Positions 53,216 to 60,289 of a stretch of 64,000 nucleotides of DNA are shown piece after piece (within the stretch, counting starts at the first letter, position 1; each line of letters begins with the position of its first letter). The stretch covers positions 2,123 to 66,122 of the forward strand of contig JAKITW010000004.1 of assembly GCA_021647905.1 (NCBI GenBank). Reading direction: 5' to 3'. The notes under the pieces were generated by a model that was not told where the DNA came from, made no database searches, and was given only the letters and a program-made list of their open reading frames with translations. The position numbers were made by a program, and so were the translations under genes. Source of the stretch: Desulfobacterales bacterium. GTDB taxonomy: Bacteria; Desulfobacterota; Desulfobulbia; Desulfobulbales; BM004.

Positions 53216-55030
53216 TCAATCGCTGACAACATTCTTCTCCAGGGCCTGGTTCAACTCGACCTTTCTGGCGGAGAGCTGTAGAATAAGCTCCTGGTCACCG
53301 GCCTTCCTGGCTTCTTCAGTCGCCTCGGAAAGAGAACGGATTTCCCTTTCCAGACCGATCCTTCTGAGCCATCTGAGATGATCCTCTGCCATCGCTTTTC
53401 CATCATCATCTTCTTCAGGATCACTATAAACCCGGCCCGAGGTAAACAAGGAAGTGACAAAGGCCCGCTCCGGACCGGCGGGCAGCACGTCGAGGAGCTG
53501 TTCCGGATTCGGGTCCGGAGCCGCGGCAACCAGCTCCTGCAAAGCGGCGAGCAGGGTTCGCGCGCCCGGCTCGGCCAGGATCTCTTCCAGGCCCTGCTCA
53601 AGGAACCGGGGCAGAAAGCAGGGGTAGAGAACCAGAAATTCGAGCATCTGCCGCTGGACCCGGGAGAGGGTCATGGGTCCTTCAGCCCCCTTTTCAGCCG
53701 GCGGCCGGGCCGGTCCCCGGGTCTCGGCCCGGGCCGCGGCCCGGAAGCCGCGCTCCACCTGCTCCGGATCAAGCTTAAGCTTGTCGCTGAAATGGGAAAC
53801 CAGCACCGAACGCTGGAGCGGATTATCGGCCGTTGCCTCCAGCAACGGCCGCAGCTCGGCCAGGACCCGGAACTTGCCTTCCAGATCTTGGCCATGTTTT
53901 TCCACCAGCCGGCCAAAGACGAATTCCAGGAGTCCCTGGGCCTGGTTGAGAAAATTCTCCAGGTATTCCCGGCCATGGGCCCGGACAAAGGTGTCGGGAT
54001 CATGTTCAGCGGGCAGCATCGCGATCCTGGCCGTGACCTGCTCGGCCAGGAAAAGCGGGGCCGCGCGCAGGGCGGCCTTGACCCCGGCGCTGTCGCCGTC
54101 AAAGAGCAGGATCAGCTCATCGGCAAATCCCTTGAGTATCCGGATCTGGGCTCGGGTCAGGGCCGTGCCCAGCGGGGCGACCACATATTCCACCCCATGG
54201 GCCGCCAGGGCAAGCAGGTCGAAATTGCCCTCCACGATCAGACAGCGCCGGGTCCGGCGGATCTGCTCCTTATGCTGAAACAGCCCGAACAGGGTCCGGC
54301 CCTTGTCATAGATCAGGGTTTCCGGGGAGTTGAGGTATTTGGGGTTCCCCGGCCCGAGAATCCGGCCGCCGAACCCCACCACCCGGCCGGTGAGATCGCT
54401 GATCGGGAAGAGCACCCGGTCGCGGAAACGGTCATAGGCCCCGCCCTGGGGCTTGCGCACGATCAGGCCCGCCTCCTCGGCCAGCTCCGGCGCAAACCCG
54501 GAAGAAACGATCTTTTTGCTCAGGAAATCCCAGCCCGGCGGGGCATAACCGAGCCGGAAGGAGTCGATGATCTCCCCGGGGATGCCCCGTTTTTCGAGAT
54601 AGGCACGGGCCGGTTCGGCGGCCGGGTCCGAGCGGAGAAACTCCTGATAGATCGAGGCGGCCCGTTCGTTGGCCTGGTAGAGAATCTCCCGTTTCCGGGC
54701 CCGGGCCTGGTCAGCCGGCGAATACTCCCGCTCCGGCAGGGTGATCTGGTAGCGCTCGGCCAGGGTTTTGAGGGCCTCGGGAAAGGTCATCCGGTGATAC
54801 TGCATCAGGAAGGAGAATACATCGCCGCCCTCGTTGCAGCCGAAACAGTGAAAGGACTGCCGGGCCGGGCTGACCATGAAAGAGGGGGTCTTTTCAGCGT
54901 GAAAGGGACAGAGGCCCTTGAGGTTGGCGCCGGCCCGCTTCAGCTCCACCACCTCGCCGATAATATCGACGATCTGGGCCGCTTCCTTGACCTGGCGGAC
55001 CGCATCTTGCTGGGCCGGACTTGAGCGCAT
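53216..55030 (-). CDS. dnaG: DNA primase
   Basis: A zinc finger (CPFHAEKTPSFMVSPARQSFHCFGC), the RNA polymerase domain, and TOPRIM (IVEGNFDLL ... LFDGDSAG). Confidence 0.95.
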   Translation of the reverse strand: MRSSPAQQDAVRQVKEAAQIVDIIGEVVELKRAGANLKGLCPFHAEKTPSFMVSPARQSFHCFGCNEGGDVFSFLMQYHRMTFPEALKTLAERYQITLPEREYSPADQARARKREILYQANERAASIYQEFLRSDPAAEPARAYLEKRGIPGEIIDSFRLGYAPPGWDFLSKKIVSSGFAPELAEEAGLIVRKPQGGAYDRFRDRVLFPISDLTGRVVGFGGRILGPGNPKYLNSPETLIYDKGRTLFGLFQHKEQIRRTRRCLIVEGNFDLLALAAHGVEYVVAPLGTALTRAQIRILKGFADELILLFDGDSAGVKAALRAAPLFLAEQVTARIAMLPAEHDPDTFVRAHGREYLENFLNQAQGLLEFVFGRLVEKHGQDLEGKFRVLAELRPLLEATADNPLQRSVLVSHFSDKLKLDPEQVERGFRAAARAETRGPARPPAEKGAEGPMTLSRVQRQMLEFLVLYPCFLPRFLEQGLEEILAEPGARTLLAALQELVAAAPDPNPEQLLDVLPAGPERAFVTSLFTSGRVYSDPEEDDDGKAMAEDHLRWLRRIGLEREIRSLSEATEEARKAGDQELILQLSARKVELNQALEKNVVSD

Positions 55031-55125
55031 TCCGCTGTTCCTCGTTTGATATGAAACGCACCCGGCAGGCCGGGCCGGGGCGAACCGGTCTGATCGCGTG
55101 CAGACGGGGTGCTGCTGAACGGTTA

Positions 55126-55136
55126 CAGGTTGGTGG
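55126..55136 (+). promoter_or_regulatory. Partial copy (TGAACGGTTAC) of the 13-mer motif
   Basis: gctgcTGAACGGTTACagg, 23 nt upstream of the full copy at 55159. Confidence 0.4.
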
Positions 55137-55158
55137 TTATTGCCGGTTCTGCGCCCTT

Positions 55159-55171
55159 GGTGAACGGTTAC
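55159..55171 (+). promoter_or_regulatory. Exact copy of the 13-mer GGTGAACGGTTAC in the dnaG / hypothetical-gene divergent region
   Basis: gcgcccttGGTGAACGGTTACatttattgTATAGT. As a sigma70-like promoter this reads TTGGTG-N17-TATAGT. Confidence 0.5.
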
Positions 55172-55365
55172 ATTTATTGTATAGTGAGCGCCGGATCAAA
55201 ACAGGGCTCGATATGATTCCTTCCGGATAGTGTCCTGATCATGGACCGGTGTCAAGCAAAAACATGGCGCGGAAAAGAGCTGCACCGGTGGCCGGGCACT
55301 ACTCTTCCCGGGATGATATCTCCGTCCATCCATCAACGGCCGCAAACAAAGAAAAACCCAGGACC

Positions 55366-56067
55366 ATGCAGCCCAGTTTCGAAGATATTCTGACTTTTGA
55401 AATCAAGAAGGAGATGGCGGACCGCTATTTCGGCTTCCGGCGGATGATCGAGGAGGACAAGGAGGAACTGGCCCGCCGGGTCAAGGAACACTCCCTGACC
55501 CTGGAGCAGAAGATCTGCATCGATCTGGTCCGGATCTACCTGCTGCTCGGCGACGAGAAGCTGATCCAGGAGTTCCTCGACCTGGTCGGATTGGAGGAGA
55601 AATTGTTCTACGACCCCTACCTGCTGACCTCGGCCACCCTCCGCAAGCGGCTGCTCGGCGGGCTCAAGGTCCGGGGCCTGACCCGGGCCGGCCGCTACCG
55701 GAAACTGGTCTTCAACTGTTACGAGATGCTGGAGGACCATGTCCAGCAATATCGGGAAAAGCTGGGGGAACTGGTGGAGGAACGGGAGACCATTAACCAA
55801 GAGATCAAGCTCTTTTATCGTAAGAACGACATCAGCGCCATGATGGGATTTTTCCGCACCCTGAACGGATCGACCTCGGCCGGCACCATGGAGGGCGGGC
55901 TTGAGACCGGTTTCACCGACTCCATGGAAAAAAAGATGCGGTTGGCCCCGGTGCCGCCCATTGAACAGCTCCTGCCCATTATCCCGCCCCTGATGCCGTT
56001 GGCCGCGGTCCGCAACAAACTGAGCAAACTCATCGAGCGTGGCTATAAGCTCCAGTCCGCCCCCTGA
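55366..56067 (+). CDS. Hypothetical protein (helical, charged)
   Basis: 233 aa from the ATG at 55366 (MQPSFEDILTFEIKKEM). Alternative starts are a GTG at 55249 and an ATG at 55264. No family was recognised. Confidence 0.5.
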   Translation: MQPSFEDILTFEIKKEMADRYFGFRRMIEEDKEELARRVKEHSLTLEQKICIDLVRIYLLLGDEKLIQEFLDLVGLEEKLFYDPYLLTSATLRKRLLGGLKVRGLTRAGRYRKLVFNCYEMLEDHVQQYREKLGELVEERETINQEIKLFYRKNDISAMMGFFRTLNGSTSAGTMEGGLETGFTDSMEKKMRLAPVPPIEQLLPIIPPLMPLAAVRNKLSKLIERGYKLQSAP

Positions 56068-56069
56068 CC

Positions 56070-57029
56070 ATGAACCCGGCTGCTGCCAACGTTCCTGTTC
56101 TGCTCGCCCTCCTGGCCCTGGCCGGCGGCCTGGTGATGCTGGTCGGCGGCGGCGAACTCCTGGTCGGCGGAGCAGTCCGGCTTGCCAGGCGTCTGGGTCT
56201 CAGCACCCTGGCCATCGGCCTGACCGTGGTCGCCTTCGGCACCTCGACCCCGGAGCTGTTTGTCAGCCTGTCATCGTTATTCGCCAACCATCCGGACATC
56301 ATGCTCGGCAATGTGGTGGGCAGCAATATCGCCAATATCGGCCTGATCCTCGGGATTGCCGCGCTGATGGCCCCGCTGGAGGCCATGGCCGCCGGCCGCG
56401 TCAAGGTCGAACTGTTTCTGCTCCTGAGTTCCAGCCTGCTGCTGGTCCTGACCGCCTGGCTGGGCATTTTTCCCCGGGGCCTGGGGCTGGGGTTCATCGC
56501 CGCCCTGGTGCTCTACACCCGCTATTCCTACCGCAAGGCCGCGGCCAGCCGCAACAACAACGGAGATATCCCGGCGGACTGCGGCTCCCTGACCGCCAAC
56601 AGCCTCAAGATAATCGCCGGCCTCCTCTTTCTCGCCCTGGGCTCCCACCTCTTCATCAAGGGCGCCGTGGATATTGCCCACTATTTCAGGGTCAGTGAAC
56701 TGGTGATCGGCCTGACCCTGGCCGCGGTGGGGACCTCCCTGCCGGAACTGGCCTCGACCATTGCCGCGATCCGCCACCGCCAGAGCCGGCTTTTAATCGG
56801 CAACATCATCGGCAGCAACATGTTCAACCTGCTGATGGTCCTGGGCACCGCCGCCGCACTCCGCCCCTTTTCCCCGGGGCCGGAGCTGCTCCGCCGCGAC
56901 CTGCCGGTGATGATCCTGTTCACCGTGGCGCTCCTGCCCATGCTATCCGGCCGCCACGCCATCGGCCGCGGCATCGGCCTGCTGCTCCTGACCGCTTACG
57001 GATCCTACATAATGCTGCTCGGCTGGTAG
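56070..57029 (+). CDS. Ca2+/Na+ antiporter (CaCA family, YrbG-like)
   Basis: Two alpha-repeats are present (AFGTSTPELFVSL and AVGTSLPELASTI), with about 10 TM helices. Confidence 0.85.
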   Translation: MNPAAANVPVLLALLALAGGLVMLVGGGELLVGGAVRLARRLGLSTLAIGLTVVAFGTSTPELFVSLSSLFANHPDIMLGNVVGSNIANIGLILGIAALMAPLEAMAAGRVKVELFLLLSSSLLLVLTAWLGIFPRGLGLGFIAALVLYTRYSYRKAAASRNNNGDIPADCGSLTANSLKIIAGLLFLALGSHLFIKGAVDIAHYFRVSELVIGLTLAAVGTSLPELASTIAAIRHRQSRLLIGNIIGSNMFNLLMVLGTAAALRPFSPGPELLRRDLPVMILFTVALLPMLSGRHAIGRGIGLLLLTAYGSYIMLLGW

Positions 57030-57117
57030 CCGGAAGGCTTGCCTTGAGGCGCTCTAATCCGCTATTGTAACAACCATCACCTGCCGCGGATCAGATCCCA
57101 AATATAAGGAGGCGTGC

Positions 57118-57645
57118 ATGGAAACCAAGAAGGCCTTTGTAAGGCCGGACAACACCGTGACCATCACCTGCCCCCAGTGCCAGGCCACCAGGACCGTGTC
57201 CCTGGACAGGCTCCCGCCGGGCAAGCACCTGGTCAAGATCAAGTGCGCCTGCGCCACGATCTTCCCGGTCCGGCTGGAGTTCCGCAAAAACTTTCGCAAA
57301 CAGACCAGCCTGCCGGGCCGCTACCAGCTTCTGACCCCGGCCACCAAAGACCAGCCCCGCCCCGAGACGACCAGGGGCAAGACCCGTTACAGCGCGGAAC
57401 AGGAAGCGCACAGCAACGGTTGCACGGTCAAGAACCTGTCCATGACCGGGGTCGGCCTGCTGATCCCGGGCAACCACGGTCTCAAGGTCGGCGATATCCT
57501 CGGGCTGGAATTCGCCCTGGACGACCGGCGCGGTTCGGAGTTCAACAAAAAGGTGGTGGTTCGGCTGGTCACCGACTCTTTTGTCGGCTGCCAGTTCATC
57601 GACACCCGGGAATATGACAAGGCCCTTGGTTTTTATCTGCGCTAG
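57118..57645 (+). CDS. PilZ-domain protein with an N-terminal CxxC...CxC zinc-ribbon-like segment
   Basis: CPQCQ...KIKCAC is followed by RKNFRKQ (RxxxR-like) and NLSMTGVGL (D/NxSxxG), which are PilZ c-di-GMP-binding motifs. Confidence 0.7.
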   Translation: METKKAFVRPDNTVTITCPQCQATRTVSLDRLPPGKHLVKIKCACATIFPVRLEFRKNFRKQTSLPGRYQLLTPATKDQPRPETTRGKTRYSAEQEAHSNGCTVKNLSMTGVGLLIPGNHGLKVGDILGLEFALDDRRGSEFNKKVVVRLVTDSFVGCQFIDTREYDKALGFYLR

Positions 57646-57651
57646 GACTTT

Positions 57652-57738
57652 GAACCGCAGAATATCGAACAAGGAATGACGAATTTCGAAGTGAAACCCT
57701 CGTCATTCTGCGGTTCCTTGTTCGATATTCTCTTTTCT
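57652..57738. terminator. Complex interleaved inverted-repeat structure between convergent PilZ and lsrF-like genes
   Basis: The segments are ordered a-b-c-loop-c'-a'-b'. They are a GAACCGCAG/CTGCGGTTC, b AATATCGAACAAGG/CCTTGTTCGATATT, and c GAATGACGA/TCGTCATTC, followed by CTCTTTTCT. Confidence 0.5.
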
Positions 57739-57752
57739 GAAAATCAACGTCT

Positions 57753-58634
57753 TTACTCCTGGCCTTTCTTCTTCAGTTCAAGAAACAACTGATAGGCCTC
57801 GGCCGGGGCCATCTCTTCATGGACCACCTTTTTCACCGCCTGGATCATGGCCACCGGGTCCTCGGACTGGAAGATGTTCCGGCCCATGTCCACCCCGGCC
57901 GCGCCCTCCTGCACCGCATTATAGGCCATGGTCAGGGCGTCGGACTCCGGAATCTTCTTGCCGCCGGCCATGACGATGGGCACCGGGCAACTGGCGGCCA
58001 CGGTGTCAAAACCGTCCGGGATATAGTAGGTCTTGACGTAATGGGCGCCCAGTTCGGCGCAGATCCGGCAGGCCAGCCGGAAGTAGCGGGCATCCCGGGC
58101 CATGTCCCGGCCCACCGCGGTCACCGCCAGGATCGGAATCCCGTAGCGGGAACCCATATCCACCAGCCTGGTCATGTTATGCACCGTCTGGGTCTCATAC
58201 TCGCCGCCGATAAAGACCTGGACCGCCAGGGCGGCCACGTTGAGCCGGATCGCATCCTCAATGGCCACGGCAATCTGCTCGTTGGACAACTCCTTTAAAA
58301 CGCTGGGTCCGCCGCTGGCCCTGAGGACGATGGGCCGGGGATAGGAGGGCGGAACAATGGAACGGAGGATCCCCCGGGTGAGCATCAGGGTATCGGCATG
58401 GGGGGCAATGGGCATGATCTTGAGATCAATGCGCTCCAGTCCGGTGGTGGGCCCCTGGAAATAACCATGGTCAATGGCCAGCATCACCGTCCGGCCGCTC
58501 TCGGGGTTGAAAATCCGGGCCAGCCGGTTCTTCATCCCCCAGTCCAGGGAATTGGAGCCCTTGAGAAAAAATCCCTCACAGGAGGCGGGCACCTCCTGGC
58601 AATAATCCTTTCCTTGCTTATCCACTCCAGGCAT
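57753..58634 (-). CDS. lsrF: LsrF-like class I aldolase-fold enzyme (3-hydroxy-5-phosphonooxypentane-2,4-dione thiolase family / DhnA-type)
   Basis: [41 protein letters not shown] ... TRGILRS ... VLRASGG ... KTYY ... PIVMAGGKK ... [11 protein letters not shown] closely tracks my recollection of E. coli LsrF. AAGGAGGA lies upstream of the ATG. Confidence 0.75.
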   Translation of the reverse strand: MPGVDKQGKDYCQEVPASCEGFFLKGSNSLDWGMKNRLARIFNPESGRTVMLAIDHGYFQGPTTGLERIDLKIMPIAPHADTLMLTRGILRSIVPPSYPRPIVLRASGGPSVLKELSNEQIAVAIEDAIRLNVAALAVQVFIGGEYETQTVHNMTRLVDMGSRYGIPILAVTAVGRDMARDARYFRLACRICAELGAHYVKTYYIPDGFDTVAASCPVPIVMAGGKKIPESDALTMAYNAVQEGAAGVDMGRNIFQSEDPVAMIQAVKKVVHEEMAPAEAYQLFLELKKKGQE

Positions 58635-58646
58635 TGTCTTCCTCCT

Positions 58647-58720
58647 TGTAAGCGGTCACAGGCACCACATTTTCGCATGATCGCGCCTGCACGAACCCGC
58701 GGCATCTGTGACCGCTTACA
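58647..58720 (-). promoter_or_regulatory. 15-bp perfect inverted repeat (TGTAAGCGGTCACAG / CTGTGACCGCTTACA) spaced by 44 nt, abutting the lsrF-like Shine-Dalgarno sequence
   Basis: Read directly. On the mRNA strand the 3' arm ends 1 nt before AAGGAGGA. Confidence 0.4.
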
Positions 58721-58807
58721 GGTTTGGGGGTAATGATAGCGCGGAGTTACACACCCCGTAACCAGTTACTCCACTTTGATATTTTTTGTGCGGCCATGAT
58801 AAAAAAA

Positions 58808-59839
58808 TCACTCCTGGGGACGGATGATAACCTTGATCGACTCCCGGGCCTCGGCGGTCAACCGAAACCCGGTGGCCGCATCGGCCAGTCCGAGCCGGTG
58901 GCTGATCAGCCCGGCGACCCGCACCCGGCCCCGGCGGATCAGCTCCAGGGCGGCAACGCAGTCTTTCGGGCCGCCGGCATAGCTGGTGGTGATGGTCACG
59001 TCCCGGCGCCAGAACAGGTTGTTCACCGATACCGGGATGGTCACCCCGGCCATGGTCGGGGCAAAGAACAGGATGGTGCCGCCCCGGCCCACCGCCTCCA
59101 TGGCCTGGGTAAAAACCGACTCCGTTGTGGCGCAGACAATGACCAGGTCAACGCCGCGATTATCGTTCAGTTCCCGGATGCGGCCGGCCACCTCCTCGCC
59201 GGCCGCCAGGGCGACATCGGCGCCAAGGCGACGGGCCGCCTCCAGCCGGTATGGACTGAGATCAGTGGCTGCCACCAGCCCGGCCCCGGTGGCCGCGGCC
59301 AGCTGGACATGCAGCAGCCCGGCCAGGCCGCTGCCCAGCACCAGCACGCTCATCCCGGGCCGGACTCCGGCCCGCCGCTGGCCGCGCAGTACACAGGCCA
59401 GCGGTTCCATAAAGGTGGCCTCGTCATAGCCCACCTCGTCCGGCAGCTTCCAGGTGCCGCGCTCCACATTTACGGCCAACAGCCGCACATATTCGCAAAA
59501 CCCGCCCGGATCGAAACCAGTGGAGTGCAACAGCGTCTCGCACACGGTCTCATGACCGCCCAAACAATAATGGCACGTCTGGCACGGCACATGGTGGGTG
59601 GCTGTCACCCGGTCGCCCACGGCAAAGCCGGTCACCCCGGCGCCGGTCTCCACCACCTGGCCGGCGATTTCATGGCCAAGGACCAGGGGCGCCTTGTGCA
59701 GCCGGTACCATTCCATGACATCGCTGCCGCAGATACCGCTGGCCATGATCCTGACCAGAAGTTCGCCCGGCCCGGGCTCGGGCCGGGCCATCTCTTCCAG
59801 CCGGATGTCATGATTATTGTGGTATACCGCCGCCCGCAT
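58808..59839 (-). CDS. Zinc-dependent medium-chain alcohol/polyol dehydrogenase (threonine/sorbitol dehydrogenase-like)
   Basis: GICGSDVMEW, GHEIAG, a structural Zn Cys cluster (CQTCHYCLGGHETVC) and GSGLAGLL (Rossmann). The ATG at 59839 has GGAGGT upstream. Confidence 0.85.
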   Translation of the reverse strand: MRAAVYHNNHDIRLEEMARPEPGPGELLVRIMASGICGSDVMEWYRLHKAPLVLGHEIAGQVVETGAGVTGFAVGDRVTATHHVPCQTCHYCLGGHETVCETLLHSTGFDPGGFCEYVRLLAVNVERGTWKLPDEVGYDEATFMEPLACVLRGQRRAGVRPGMSVLVLGSGLAGLLHVQLAAATGAGLVAATDLSPYRLEAARRLGADVALAAGEEVAGRIRELNDNRGVDLVIVCATTESVFTQAMEAVGRGGTILFFAPTMAGVTIPVSVNNLFWRRDVTITTSYAGGPKDCVAALELIRRGRVRVAGLISHRLGLADAATGFRLTAEARESIKVIIRPQE

Positions 59840-59911
59840 TGAAAAACCTCCATGGCCCAGCCGAGCCCTTGATATCACAAGAGAAATAGCTGTTTACCCC
59901 TTAATAATTTG

Positions 59912-60011
59912 ATGAACTGGTAACAACCCGAAAGGCTTCAAATGCCACCCAATAAAATCAACAAGTTACAAGATGAATCACGTCCGTCGAGCGGGTTGTT
60001 GCGAGACCGAC
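59912..60011 (-). mobile_element. 100-nt MITE (family M2), copy d, with a perfect 9-bp target-site duplication
   Basis: AATAATTTG occurs at 59903-59911 and again at 60012-60020. The element lies about 280 nt upstream of rpsA. Confidence 0.85.
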
Positions 60012-60289
60012 AATAATTTGAAAAAACAGTATATCCCAAGGAGACCGGCGAGACAATCGCCTTTTCCGCAACCGGCCGGCCCCTGCCTTCCTGACAAAAA
60101 ATCCGGGTCGAAAAAGGGAGTGGCCGGGCCGCCGCAGTGTCGATATTTTCTTAAGATAAGGATTGTTTTTGGGCAACGTCTCTGGTATATGGTGATGTTT
60201 AAAACTTGACACAGGTTAAGGGGCGGAACCAACCGTATCCTTTATTCACTTAATCAACCAAACAACCAAACCAAAGGGCAAAAACAAAG

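Noticed and set aside
60206-60241. TTGACA upstream of rpsA as its promoter -35 element
   Set aside because: No acceptable -10 hexamer lies at 16-19 nt spacing. The nearest candidate, TATCCT, is 24 nt away.
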